A stretch of 63,680 nucleotides of DNA, counting the filler, from Nemertoderma westbladi (lineage: Eukaryota > Animalia > Xenacoelomorpha), in assembly GCA_032718475.1 (NCBI GenBank). It is 3 parts of 3 records of this genome, joined end to end, with 100 filler letters (N's around TTAATTAATTAA, not from the genome) between each part and the next. Parts side by side here need not be neighbours in the genome. Positions count along the whole stretch, not along the records: positions 1 to 23,531 come from JAUCBJ010008149.1; 2 more parts are not named here. One strand, 5' to 3'. Numbering within the stretch: the first letter of the stretch is position 1; every line of letters begins with the position of its first letter. The notes below the pieces were generated by a model that was not told the origin of the DNA, did no database searches, and saw only the letters and a program-made list of their open reading frames with translations. Shown piece by piece: positions 1-12,161 of this stretch. The position numbers were made by a program, and so were the translations under genes.

Positions 1-80
1 CCATCCAGTGCATAATCTTGTACTTTGGCAGCCTCATGGAGTGAATAAGCATGGTGGACAGCCCATGACTTTCTTGAGAC
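1..80 (+). mobile_element. Fragment of the RTE-clade LINE family (end of ORF)
   Basis: Near-identical to 60358-60435 of the RTE copy later in the window (CCAGTGCATAATCTTGTACTTTGGCAGCC...TTCTTGAGAC). Confidence 0.9.
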
Positions 81-247
81 AATAATTCTCATATTGTCGC
101 AATTATATAAATAATGCAATGAAATTTTTAATACTTAATAAGTATTTACATCTAAAATTTGATATATGTAATTAATCATCATACCCTGTTTATTGGCGGT
201 CCTTTTTTATGTCCTTTGTTACTTTTTGTGACACCGTATTGTTGTGT

Positions 248-350
248 AGAATACCAACCAGGTCTTAACTTTTCGGTCGGAATTTGATGGGAAATTTATA
301 TATGAAGAATTAGTATTTATTTAAATTTATCCATATTAAGTGTTTTATAG
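248..350 (+). repeat. Diverged copy of the MITE at 20680-20939
   Basis: AGAATACC..CAGG..ACTTTTCGGTCG...TTTATATATGAAGA...AATTTATC..TATTAAGTGTTTTATAG aligns by eye with 20707-20803. Confidence 0.55.
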
Positions 351-1379
351 TGCTTATTTCTTGGTAACATGTTAACATTTCTTGATAACATGTACTCTAT
401 ATTTTATAGTTTCTTTGTATCCAATGCATTTTGAGTTTCCATTAATTTCTTTGATTACATTGAATCCAGTGCAGTGCGATGTACATTATTTTGGTATTCT
501 TTGAAGTTGCTGAAAGTCCGTACAATATAAATATATATGATTTAATTTAACTTTTAGTTGATTACTTTCAACTTTTATGAATTCCTTAGCAATTAGTTTC
601 TAATCTAACCGAATCAGAAACGTTAAATCCCAAGAATCAGTTTAGGGAACTAGCTGGCTTGGATAGAATCGATGAATTATAATATCACCTATGATGATAA
701 AGCTGAGAAACGTGAAATGGGATGGGATTAAAGGACTGGGAAAAAATGATGCATTAATGGTAACCTTTAAACCGATTATTAAACCAAAGAGGATTAACTA
801 ATTATGTTATAACCCTTATATATATTAGCGAATTGAATTAAAGTTATATGATATTGGTATGCGTTCTAAATATATAATAAATAGGCCTTTATAATAATTT
901 AAAAAAATAGTTTTGATTTGATATGAAGGGTTAATATATATTATTTTGAGATTAATTTTGTATATTATTTGTCGATATCAACATACTAAGCTTATGATAT
1001 AACTTAACATAAGAAACAGTCAGTATATTTTGTATACTAAACAGGCCAACAGGCCGTTATTGCGGATGTAGCAGTACAGCAGTATGACAGTACGGTAGGA
1101 ACACAACTAGACTACCGAGCTGTACTGTAAGTTACCTCGTTACAGGTCATACCAACTCCCCTTTTATAATAGATCTGATCTATAATATAAATATTCCTAC
1201 TGTAATTTTCCAAGTTTTTTTCATTTATAAAATATTTCCACGTAGAATTATTACAAATCAGACAATACTTTCTTAATGTTATAATGTAACGTATAATACA
1301 GTGCCAATGTACGTTATACAATACATTTTATTCTCACTGCGGAAATTTTTAAAATCAGTAATATAGAAATACACATTAA

Positions 1380-1550
1380 TGGAACGGAATGTATAGAATG
1401 TATGTATGGGTGTTCGGGAATGTATATAATGTATGTATGGGTGTTCGGGAACGTATATAATGTGTGTTCGGGGACGTATATAATCTATGTATGTGTGTTC
1501 GGGGACGTATATAATGTATGTATGTGTGTTCGGGAACGTATATAATATAT
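1380..1550. repeat. ~31-bp minisatellite, segment 1
   Basis: Tandem units TATAATGTATGTATGTGTGTTCGGGRACGTA. Confidence 0.95.
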
Positions 1551-2183
1551 GGATAGTGTTATGCAAAAATGTACTAACCAACATTTTGTTGATTTTGAGA
1601 AAAATGACTTCAAAGTTTTTGAACGTTTAGAAAATCCCTTCAAATGCCACATTAAAGGTTTTGACTCATATGCAAAATATACGTGTTCGTCTACCTTATA
1701 CTAAATATTTATGCAAAATTGTCGTTTTCTTGCGAAGTTATAAGCCTTTTTGTTGGTTAGTACATTTCTGCAAATTTGCTGATTTTAGATTCTGCATTTG
1801 CAGCAATGTACCAACGATGGACATTGGGTAAAAAATATAACATTTGAATGCAAAATTCTTTATTTTAAATGGTTTATCTTTCGGAATCTACTTTCTTTTT
1901 TTCAGACATACTGTGCATTGTGTATAATACTACAATCTAGGTTCGAATCCACGCAATTGTTAAATTTTTCCTACCAATTTTGCAACTTTCTCCCACATAT
2001 TATGTCCCTTTTTGAAAATCATTTGTATTCTGAAATTGTAGTTATATGATGGGTAAATTAATACTAGCACTTAAAAATGTAATAATTATACTGTATTATT
2101 GAAAGATATTGATAAATTTGCAATTATTCACTAACTGAACTATATTTAAACCATTATGCATGACAGTTTTATTACAGTCTTGT

Positions 2184-4450
2184 TTACAACCCTGTATCAG
2201 AGACATCATCAGGGACATCATCAATATAATCATTTGTTTCAACTACAGTAGCGTCTCTAAGCAAGTTAGTATAAAATCTCTTGGCGTCCTTCGGTACTAG
2301 GTGCAGCAGCTCTTTAATGTCGTTACGTTTCTTACTTGAGATTGCATTTCCATCAGGCCATAAAAGTGGTAGTCCTAATTTTCCAAGGTCAGTGAAATAA
2401 TTCCTACTTGTTTTTTGCGACCCCTTGTTGCTACTGTTCGGGCATGATCGATTTCCACGTCATCCATCTTCACAATAAATGGTTTATCTTTTCGAATAGT
2501 TATTTCATGAGTTAGAAGCCAGTTAACTCTTCGTTCTTCTGGATCCTTCTTTCGATTGACGAAATCATTCAAAATTGGACTAACAGAATGAAAGTCGACT
2601 TTGGGATTAACACGGTTAACTACAAACTTTTGCTTAACTCGTGCATTTCTCATGACATCCACAACATCAGTGTCTGTGTAGAGGCGTTGAACATGCTTCA
2701 TTGCGCACTCCACGTCACCGAAATCGGAATCATTAGGTAAATAACTGTGTCCGGAGGTTGGAAACTGAATTGTGATGGATTGCAAATGACTTGTGGTATG
2801 TAGTAGATACATCATTGCGTAGATGAACTTGACGCTACGGTTTTGTCCGCCACAAGAATCTGCCCAAATATGTAAATACTTTACATCAGTTGACACATAC
2901 TTACTCAGGTGCAATGAAACACATGATGCGACATCCTGGGTACCTCTGCCGCCTTCCGTTTCTAACCACACATAGAAGTAGCCTCTATTCGTTGTACCAG
3001 AGTGAATTCCGAGATTGTACATAGTCAGCTGGCGTTTATAGTAAACAATGTTTGAAGGAATTCGTGGCAAGCTGTACACCTTTTGCATGTCTATTGTCAG
3101 CACCTCAAATTCACAGTCTGTACTAGCTCTCTGGAAGTCTTGTTTTATTAAACTTTGACGTTTTTCCGCGGTATCTACATGAACATTATGCTCATCCTGC
3201 AGTTTTTGCACTTCCTCTCCATTTGCTGACTGCATGTTTGCATGAAAAATATCGCATGTTTTACATGTATCTTTCTTGAGTGTCTTAAATCGAAGGTTGA
3301 ATTCCTTATAAAATATATTTTTATAGGTTGAATTTGAAACCTTGCTAAACGTCAAATTAGATTCGGTATACAGGCGGTACATTAGAGACAGGGTCATATC
3401 TGGACTGAGGAACTTGGAATCAGTGTCAGCTCGGCAATAGTGGGAGTAGTACTTTGGGAAGCTCGATATATGTTTGCAAACCTCATCATGTGCGTCGCTC
3501 GATGTTTTGTTCCAGCCCCCTCAAGAATCTCCACGGTGGTCACTGAAATCATTGTTACTATTCTTTTTCAGAGCCACATTTATGCGTTGTGGAGATATTT
3601 GCAATGTATCAAGAAAACATTTCTTACATAGTATCTTATCACCAATGGTGTATTTGCGGGTGAACGAACGTCTCGAAATACTACCAGTAGTAGTGCGACC
3701 TACTGAGGATTGCACTACTCTACTGCATAAATAGGCACATCTGGCTTCATATGTGCCTAGTTTCCAAAAGTTGTCAAACTCTTTTTTCCTATCCTCTGGT
3801 GATAACTGCATCAACGTGCACTTTGAGGGTCTGTTACACACTAGCTTGTCATCAAACTCCTTGATTGGATTATCTCCAGTGTGGCTTAAGTTTAAATTAC
3901 GTCTCTTTTTCACCTCAGCTCTACTAAACAAACCCTTTCTTTTCCTGCCTCTCTTAGGTCGCCCGCAATAGCTATGGTCATTTGATGATGGTGCAGCATC
4001 ACAATTACTGGTGGGGTGTTCTTCCACGTTATGATTTTCAATACAATTAGTTCCATCTATACTATCTTCACTGCCCTCCTCAGTAAGGTTAGGAATATAA
4101 GTCGGATCATCTATTTCACTGTTCGCAATTGTAGATTGTTTGTCATATTCTCCCTGTTCGTTCTCTAGGCAAGTGAAGTTCCCATCATCGGCGCCTATAA
4201 GGGTACCAGTGATGACAATAACAGGAGGATTGGTAAAAGCAGGATTTACATCAATAGTTGGATCAGTATTAAACAGATTCTCAGTTGCAACAACATTAGA
4301 GTTTGCAATGTCCATGGAATATTGACCTGCATCATCATTAGCAGTATCTGTCTCAGTGGTCGTTTCCTCAGTATCAGATATATTTGCTATATCGGCCAGC
4401 AATAGCTGTAGTGCTTCTTCAGCTGTGTAGGTATTCTTTCGTTTCGACAT
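2184..4450 (-). pseudogene. DDD/E transposase of the Sola1-like element, disrupted
   Basis: ORFs 3521-4453 and 2375-3397 are in the same frame, separated by a single TGA at 3521-3523. Motifs KKDTCKTCD, TIDMQK, YYKRQL, WADSCGGQNRS, GHSYLPNDSDFG. A frameshifted C-terminus (LPLLWPDGNAISSKKRNDIKELLHLVP...FYTNL) ends at TAA 2184-2186. Confidence 0.85.
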
Positions 4451-4704
4451 CACCCTATTGTACTATTAAGAATCTAGCCTAATATAGTCTTTAGAAAACA
4501 GCCAAGTACTAATGTTTACTAACATAACCTACTACCTACATTACTTACAGCCTATTGTATTTCATATTATTTATTGTTTTTCGAGTTTTAACGTACCGGT
4601 ACCACCTGTAGATCAGTATAAATAGCATTTGTTTTGAAGTAATGACTGCTAAAACATAGTACAATAGCTACAGGACTAAGTTAGTACATTTTTGCAAAAT
4701 AGAT

Positions 4705-5330
4705 TAACAACCAATAACACGTTCGTGGGGACTTCGCGCAGCACGTAGTCGGCAAGCCTTGGCATACCGTTCATATAGAGCAAATGGGGCATGTCTAGTT
4801 TGGACCCAATATCCCATGCTATAAATGTATTCATTCGATATACAATCATATGTTAATCCGCTAGGTGGTGTCAAATTGTTATTCTGCAATTTCGTACTTA
4901 CCAGTGCAGCACTGTACAGTAGTACCGTACCGGTAGGCCTATGTCATTACTTCTGAGTCTCTAGCAGATCCCCAATTAAATGTCTTAACTTTTCAATTTC
5001 GTAAAAGATAGACTTCATGATTCTCTACAAGCAACCAAAATTTCAGCTCAGGAAAATGAGGCGTTCCCGAGAAATTTAACATTTTCTAAAAACCACATAA
5101 TCTGTCGTAGCTGACGTCAGACTGCATGATTTTTCACCAAACTTTACAAACTTTCTAAACTTTCTCTCTACTACTTACCTACTAAGTTTGGTTCAATTCC
5201 GAACGAGCGATGCCGAGAAATTCGCGTTCAAACATTTACCAGACAGACGGACGGACAGACAGACGGACATGCCCCATTTGCCCTATATGAACCGTATGCC
5301 AAGGCTCGCCGACTACGTGTCTCGCCCCAC
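4705..5330. mobile_element. Non-autonomous element nested in the Sola (HINE/DINE-1-like or foldback MITE)
   Basis: ~54-bp inverted repeats at 4742-4795 and 5266-5319 (3 mismatches), plus GTGGGG/CCCCAC ends and a GACA/GACG microsatellite at 5241-5268. Confidence 0.6.
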
Positions 5331-5552
5331 ATTGTACTAACTACTAGGTTATACATTAGTACATTTCTGCAAAATAGACAATCCTCCAAAAAGTGTTTGA
5401 AGAAAATATTCCACTCTTTTATAGCTTCAAGGTATTGCTACGTGACAATTTGACATGTTTAAATGAATTTCCAGCATCCCGCGCATCACGTGACGTCGCT
5501 AACTCCATTTTGTCAAAAATGTTGGTTAGTACATTTTTGCATAACACCGTCC

Positions 5553-5648
5553 ATATGTATGTGTGTTCGGGGACGTATATAATGTATGTATGTGTGTTCG
5601 GGGACGTATATAATGTATGTATGTGTGTTCGGGGACGTATATAATGTC
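5553..5648. repeat. ~31-bp minisatellite, segment 2
   Basis: Same unit resumes in register right after the Sola TSD. Confidence 0.95.
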
Positions 5649-6469
5649 TGAAACCACTACGTACAAAAATCAATAAACTTTTACGCTGTATTACATTTTC
5701 ACACTACAGATCGTCATCAATTCCCATTTACAAACAATTAAATATTTTACCACTTAACAAACTCTATGAACTATCAGTTTGCACCTTCATGTACGATATT
5801 TATTCGAAAACCATAAGCCCAAATTCCACCCTCGGTAAACTATTCCAAAAACGTTCTTCAGTCCACAACTACCCTACCCGCAGCGCCTGCCATGGCAACT
5901 TCTCAATACCACTATGTCACCTAACTTCCTCACAGAGATCAGTGAGTTTTCGAGGACCCTCGATCTGGAATTCTGTGCCACTAGAGATACGCAATAAAAA
6001 ATCAAAATCGTCTTTTACGTCAAACTTAAAAAACCACTTATTTTCAGAGCTGTAACATTTACCGTTAATTTTAATTTTAATATTCAATCATACAAAAATA
6101 AAGGTAATAATCCCAATAAAAATTGAAACAGAATTAAAATATATGCGAACCACAATATAGTTAAACTATTTGATTTACGTTACACAATACATACGTGTAT
6201 GTGTTCGGTAATATATGCCTACATTCGAAATTTCAAAAGGACCAGGCACCCCACCCCACCCCCCCCCCCCCCCCCCTGTTGGTTCAGGCCACCACAGCAA
6301 GACGGCACTAGCCTGGCTATTAGTCTTCTGTGGTGGTCGTCTCACACTATAAATTTTTTTTTCTTTTTTTTTTTAAATTTTGGTTAAATTATATTGTTTA
6401 ATTTTTTTTAATATGTATTTAATATGTAACCAGCAGAAAGAAATAAATATCAAGTATCAAGTATCAAGT
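5649..6469 (+). mobile_element. 5'-truncated L2/CR1-group LINE (3' end)
   Basis: Encodes LKPLRTKINKLLRCIT...SVSFRGPSIWNSVPLEIR...FTSNLKNHL*, the typical CR1/L2 ORF2 end. 3' UTR hairpin CCACCACAG..AGAC/GTCTTCTGTGGTGG, AATAAA and an (ATCAAGT)3 tail. Confidence 0.8.
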
Positions 6470-8227
6470 GTATGGGTGTTCGGGAACGTATATAATGTAT
6501 GTATGGGTGTTCGGGGATGTATGGGGTGTATGTATGGGTGATCGGGAATGTATAGAATGTATGTATGGGTGTTCGGGAATTTATAGAATGTATGTATGTG
6601 TGTTCGGGAACGTATATAATGTATGTATGGGTGTTCGGGGACGTATATAATGTATGTATGTGTGTTCGGAAATGAATAGAATGTATGTATGTGTGTTCGG
6701 CAACGTACATAATGTATGTATGGGTGTTTGGGAATGTATGGGGTGTATGTATGGGTGTTCGGGAACGTACAGAATGTATGTATGTGTATTCGGGGACGTA
6801 TATAATGTATTTATGTGTGTTCGGGGACGTATATAATGTATGTATGGGTGTTCGGGAATGTATGAGGTGTATGTATGTGTGTTCGGGAACGTATAGAATG
6901 TATGTATGTGTGTTCGGGGACGTATATAATGTATATATGGGTGTTCGGGAACGTATATAATGTATGTATGTGTGTTCGGGAACGTATATAATGTATGTAT
7001 GTGTGTTCGGAAATTAATAGAATGTATGTATGGGTGTTCGGGAATGTATAGAATGTATTTATGTGTGTTCGGGGACGAGTATAATGTATGTATGTGTGTT
7101 AGGGAACGTATAAAATGTATGTATGTGTGTTCGGAAATGAATAGAATGTATGTATGTGTGTTCGGGAATGTATATAATGTATTTATGTGTGTTCGGGAAT
7201 GTATGGGGTGTATGTATGGGTGTTCGGGAATGTATAGAATGTATGTATGGGTGTTCGGGAATGTATAGAATGTATGTATGTGTGTTCGGAAATTAATAGA
7301 ATGTATGTATGGGTGTTCGGGAATGTATAGAATGTATTTATGTGTGTTCGGGGACGTGTATAATGTATGTATGTGTGTTAGGGAACGTATATAATGTATG
7401 TATGTGTGTTCGGAAATGAATAGAATGTATGTATGGGTGTTCGGGAATGTATAGAATGTATTTATGTGTGTTCGGGAACGTACAGAATGTATGTATGGGT
7501 GTTCGGGAATGTATGGGGTGTATGTATGGGTGTTCGGGAATGTATAGGATGTATGTATGTGTGTTCGGAAATGAATATAATGTATGTATGTGTGTTCGGG
7601 AATGTATAGAATGTATGTATGTGTGTTCAGGAACGTACAGAATGTATGTATGGGTGTTCGGGAATGTCTGGGGTGTATGTATGGGTGTTCGGGAATGTAT
7701 GGGGTGTATGTATGGGTGTTCGGGAATGTATGGGGTGTATGTATGTTCGGGAATGTATGGGGTGTATGTATGGGTGTTCGGAAATGTATGGGGTGTATGT
7801 ATGTTCGGGAATGTATGGAGTGTATGTATGTTCGGGAATGTATGGGGTGTATGTATGGGTGTTCGGAAATGTATGAGGTGTATGTATGGGTGATCGGGAA
7901 TGTATGGGGTGTATGTACGGGTGATCGGGAATGTATGGGGTGTATGGGTGGGTGATCGGGAATGTATGGGGTGTATGCATGGGTGTTCGGGAACGTATAG
8001 AATATATGTATGGGTGTTCGGGAACGTATATAATGTATATATGGGTGTTCGGGAATGTATGGGGTGTATGTATGGGTGATCGGGAATGTATGGGGTGTTA
8101 TGTATGGGTGTTCGGGAATGTATAAAATGTATGTATGGGTGTTCGGGAACGTATATAATGTATGGGTGGGTGATCGGGAATGTATGGGGTGTATGTATGG
8201 GTGTTCGGGAACATATAGAATGTATAG
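6470..8227. repeat. ~31-bp minisatellite, main segment (~1.75 kb)
   Basis: Over 50 variant units (GTATGTATGKGTGTTCGGGAAYGTATAKAAT and a GGGGT variant). Source of the many spurious ORFs in the track. Confidence 0.97.
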
Positions 8228-8921
8228 AATTCTCGGTGACTTCCAAATCCTGGAAAGCCTATTCAACGCTGCCCATGCCTTTCCCTTGCGTATTCGAAGG
8301 TCCTCACCTGACTTCTGGATCAATGATCCCAGGTAACAGAAGTCATCCACATGCTCAAGCATACCATCTTTTGAGCTTATGCTCATCCGATCAGAGACTT
8401 GATGAGGACTTTCAAAGTTAACTGTCAAAATTTTGGTCTTTCTGGAGTTAATAAAAAGACCAACACTAGAAGCAGCATGTTCTAATGGGCTGAGGAGGCG
8501 TTGGGCTCCCTCTAGTGATTCTGAGAGTACTCCTAAGTCATCAGCAAAGTCTAGATCAGTTAGGTACTTGGCAGGATTTCCTCGACTTCTGGAGCCAGTA
8601 GGTGGAGTTATCATCACCCCAGCATCATTATGATGATCTAAGGACATGCGTAGAACATAGTCAACAACAATTATGAACAAGAATGGTGCAAGTGTGTCTC
8701 CCTGGAGGACGCCCCATAACACTTCAAATGGTTCTGTGTCACCATCAACAGTATACACAAATGTTGTCGAACCATCGTATACTGATCTGATTGCTGCAAT
8801 AATTTCATCAGGAATCCCATATAATGAAAGTATGCTGAACATACGTGAGCGAGAGACTGAATCAAAGGCCTTGAAGAAGTCAACAAAGATAACAGCCAGA
8901 TGCCTGTCTTTCTTTTTTGAT
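8228..8921 (-). mobile_element. Internal RTE LINE fragment (RT region), left part
   Basis: Near-identical to 44537-45230; encodes GVLQGDTLAPFLF and LDFADD. Confidence 0.95.
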
Positions 8922-11900
8922 CATTGACTTCTTTATTCCAACATATGGAGCTTAGTAAAATTAATCAATTGAAGCACAAATTTCCGTAAAATAAATAATA
9001 ATATAATATAAATATTAAAATACAGTTACTAAACTATAATAAATAAGTCACGGTGGATGGGGAAGTGGTTGGTCTACGCTCATCAGATACAGCGCGCATC
9101 TTAATGTAGACAGGTTGGCTGGCATTCCGGTGCATTGCAGGTAGTGGGCGGTAGATGTGGCACTATTATTGCACAACCAGCAGACACATTGATCAGTGGG
9201 TCTCCAGCAGTTCGAAATTTTACAAATCCGATGGTGGCAGCCGTTCGCCATTAACTGGGCTGCTGCGCGGCGACGAAAACCGGTTAGGTCCACGAGATTA
9301 ATTTCCGCGTCATCGCAGTTATCTATTGCGTTAAGGATTGCAGTTGACGACGAGTATTTACTGATGCCGCACCAAAGTTTGTAGTAAAATGCTCGCACTC
9401 GATGGATGTGTTCCAGCCGCGGAACGTTTTCGTTAGACGTAAAAATAGTGCATCCGTATGTTGTCGACGGGTAGATTACAGTTGCCCACAAACGTTTTGC
9501 CGTGGCTAACGATATATGATGTAGATTTACCTTAGTTGCAATACGAATAGAGCAGGCCACGCCTTTTTTGTATAAGTGCTGGAAGTGAGCTGTGGGACCA
9601 TTTTTTGTTGCTAGCACTACGCCTAAGTAGTTGAACGTATTTTGAAACTCCAATAAAGTGCCATTATAATATAATTTATCACCAGAAGCTAAACGGCCAC
9701 CTCTGCGGAATTTGACTGCCTTAGTTTTCTTTATATTGACCTTCAGGTCATTGACCCGACAATATTCTGATAATCTGTCCAGTGCGTCCTGGGTGACTGC
9801 GATCGAATCGCCGACTATGACGAGATCATCAGCGTACATTATGACGATGCAGCATGCGGCCATGAGGATAGATGGGAGGTCAGCAACGAACAAGCTGAAT
9901 AAAAGGGGAGAGAGTTTGTCACCTTGCACTACTCTGACCGATTGAGTGATTGGGTCCAATACATATGTTCCAATGCAAATACATACATAGTTAACTGCGA
10001 TTAGTGCCCATATAGCAGTGATAAATTTTCGACTGATGCCATGTATTACTAGACGCTGGCAGAGAGTTTCTCTGTTGATGGAGTCGAACGCCTTAGTGAA
10101 GTCGACGAAAACACAATATGTATGGCCTCTGGCCGACTGAAGAGCTATATTTATTAAACCATATAGGTTCTTGACAGCCATCACCGTTGAGAGTCCTCGA
10201 CGGAAGCCGTATTGAGCAGCAGGAAGGATGCCACTGATCTCGGCAAACACGTACAGACGTTCAAACAGAATAGCGGTGTATAGTTTTAGTAGACACGAAA
10301 GGAGTGCTATGCCACGATTACTGTCAGGGGATGTCTTTTTGCCTTTTCCTTTATACAGTGGTATCAGATATGATGTCAACCAGGATATTGGGCAAACTCC
10401 CAGTGTGAGACAGAGGGACAACAGACTCAGAAGGAACGGAAGAAGATGACCGAAACCGGATTTTAGCGCCTCGTTCGACACGCCATCTGGCCCCGTTGCT
10501 TTGTGGAGCTTGGCGTTATTGACAGCGACCGTTATTTCCGATGGCTCTATTTGTTTATCTAGTATATCATTTGGTTGATCTGGAATTGGCGGTAGTTGGG
10601 GTGAGTGTTTGGTTGAAAGCAACTCTGAGAAATGTGTGAACCAAGATTGTTCTGACACTTGTTGAGCAACTGGTTTGACTTGGTCGCCGGTCTTCAGAAT
10701 GTTCCAAAATTTCTGTTTGTCAGACTCGCACTCTTGAATTAACTTAAACTCTCTTTGGGCCTCGTACAATGTCTTTTTTGTATGCATCAACTTCTTATAT
10801 GAACGAGCTAACTCCGAATATCTTTGCTTGTTTAGGGGTGTTGGCGCCCGTTTCATTAACTGAAAACTTGACATGAGTTCGTGTTTAGCCAGATAGCATT
10901 CTTGATTGAACCAAGGTTTGGAATTTCTCGGCTTACTAGATAACGAAGAATTTGTAATAGCATTAGTTATGTAAGAACAGACATCGTCTACTCCATTGGC
11001 TATAGCAGATTGAAAATCTCCTGTCGTTAGAATGTGGCCTAATTTGTCTACATCAAGCCTCTTGATTGCTTTACAGCGCTCTTTCCTATAGTTGATGGGG
11101 CTTGTTGTTTCATATTTTATATAAACGCGCTGGTGTTTAGTGTTTGTAGTTGGGCGGATACTTAGTGAGACCTTATCAGCCAGTAGGTGGTCGACAAAAA
11201 CGAGGTCGATTACGCTCTGACCATTCCAGGAGTAAAATGTAGGGATTGAGTGGTCGTTAATGCAGTTCAGTCCTGCGCCAAGTAGGCCACTGCATAGTGT
11301 GTCTCCACGATCATGAGGGCCATCTAAACGGCAGTTAAAATCACCTGTTAGCAGTATTGGAAGAGTGCACTTTGCCCGTGCAGTTACAATTATAGTGGTG
11401 AGCTCGAGTAATATATCAGAGACATCAGTTGATGGGGGATAATAGGCAGATATTATCACAAAGTTACTTGTTAGTAGTGCTAAAGCTGTTGAGCTTTTAT
11501 GAATGGGCTCCTGACGCATTGCGGTTTTCATATTAATGGCAATAGTGATACCACCGTAAGGGCGCCCTAAATCGCGTTTCTCACAAGACACATTGTGACA
11601 TGAGAAGCCTGGGATGACCAAGTCTGTCGTAAACGTTTCATAAAGGAGAAGGATATCAGTGTCTATGAAGGTGTCAACCATTGTTGTGTCGATCGTAGAG
11701 CGCGCACCTTCCACATTCCATGCAACTAATGTGTAGTAACCAGAGCTATTGTTTGAAAATTTCATATTGGGTTCGTCACAGAAAGGGAGTTCGTTAAACA
11801 CTAACAGATTAGAAGCAGACTGGAAACGTAAACAGACTTTGTGGTGCTTTTCCAGACTGGCCAAGTAGCGATACGGCTTCAAGCAACCAATGCACATTGT

Positions 11901-12161
11901 AGTACGCGCAGTTTGGTTAGAAGGGGGTCGTGTTGAAGCAATTGTGGTTGCTGGTAGACGTGTTTGGGTTACTGGAGGGCGGTTTGGGGCATTAGGGGTT
12001 ACTGGAGGGGGTGTTGGGACAATTGGGGTTACTGGAGGGGGTGTTGGGACAATTGGGGTTACTGGAGAGGGTGTTGGGACAATATGGGTTACTGGAGGGG
12101 GTGTTGAGACAATTGGGGTTACTGGAGGGGGTGTTGGGATAATTGGGGATAGTTGGGATAA
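8922..12161 (-). mobile_element. APE-RT LINE (RTEX-like) inserted into the RTE fragment
   Basis: Flanked by an 11-bp TSD TCTTTTTTGAT (8911-8921 and 12162-12172); AATAAA near the 3' end; long intact ORF. Confidence 0.9.
9048..12161 (-). CDS. LINE ORF: Pro-rich repeats, zinc finger, AP endonuclease, reverse transcriptase, Cys/His tail
   Basis: Open for more than 1030 codons. Motifs WNVEG, LLLYET, GDFN, IDLVF; GPDG, VDFTKAFD, QGDKLSP, YADD, KTKAVKFRRGG; CVCWLC..HYLQC. The first residues of the listed ORF come from the flanking RTE. Confidence 0.9.
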   Translation of the reverse strand, partial: LSQLSPIIPTPPPVTPIVSTPPPVTHIVPTPSPVTPIVPTPPPVTPIVPTPPPVTPNAPNRPPVTQTRLPATTIASTRPPSNQTARTTMCIGCLKPYRYLASLEKHHKVCLRFQSASNLLVFNELPFCDEPNMKFSNNSSGYYTLVAWNVEGARSTIDTTMVDTFIDTDILLLYETFTTDLVIPGFSCHNVSCEKRDLGRPYGGITIAINMKTAMRQEPIHKSSTALALLTSNFVIISAYYPPSTDVSDILLELTTIIVTARAKCTLPILLTGDFNCRLDGPHDRGDTLCSGLLGAGLNCINDHSIPTFYSWNGQSVIDLVFVDHLLADKVSLSIRPTTNTKHQRVYIKYETTSPINYRKERCKAIKRLDVDKLGHILTTGDFQSAIANGVDDVCSYITNAITNSSLSSKPRNSKPWFNQECYLAKHELMSSFQLMKRAPTPLNKQRYSELARSYKKLMHTKKTLYEAQREFKLIQECESDKQKFWNILKTGDQVKPVAQQVSEQSWFTHFSELLSTKHSPQLPPIPDQPNDILDKQIEPSEITVAVNNAKLHKATGPDGVSNEALKSGFGHLLPFLLSLLSLCLTLGVCPISWLTSYLIPLYKGKGKKTSPDSNRGIALLSCLLKLYTAILFERLYVFAEISGILPAAQYGFRRGLSTVMAVKNLYGLINIALQSARGHTYCVFVDFTKAFDSINRETLCQRLVIHGISRKFITAIWALIAVNYVCICIGTYVLDPITQSVRVVQGDKLSPLLFSLFVADLPSILMAACCIVIMYADDLVIVGDSIAVTQDALDRLSEYCRVNDLKVNIKKTKAVKFRRGGRLASGDKLYYNGTLLEFQNTFNYLGVVLATKNGPTAHFQHLYKKGVACSIRIATKVNLHHISLATAKRLWATVIYPSTTYGCTIFTSNENVPRLEHIHRVRAFYYKLWCGISKYSSSTAILNAIDNCDDAEINLVDLTGFRRRAAAQLMANGCHHRICKISNCWRPTDQCVCWLCNNSATSTAHYLQCTGMPANLSTLRCALYLMSVDQPLPHPP

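Larger units (their letters stand above)
1551..5552 (-). mobile_element. Sola1-like DNA transposon, complete ends, about 4.0 kb
   Basis: TIRs of ~37 bp: GGATAGTGTTATGCAAAAATGTACTAACCAACATTTT at 1551 and its near reverse complement ending at 5552. 4-bp TSD ATAT at 1547-1550 and 5553-5556 (AWWT type). Internal transposase; motif TTAGTACATTTYTGCA repeated at ~1757, 4681 and 5357. Confidence 0.85.

Noticed and set aside
6581-8842. 753-aa ORF and many overlapping His/Tyr/Pro- or Met/Cys/Val-rich ORFs
   Set aside because: Chance read-through from an RTE fragment into a stop-poor minisatellite; not a real gene.
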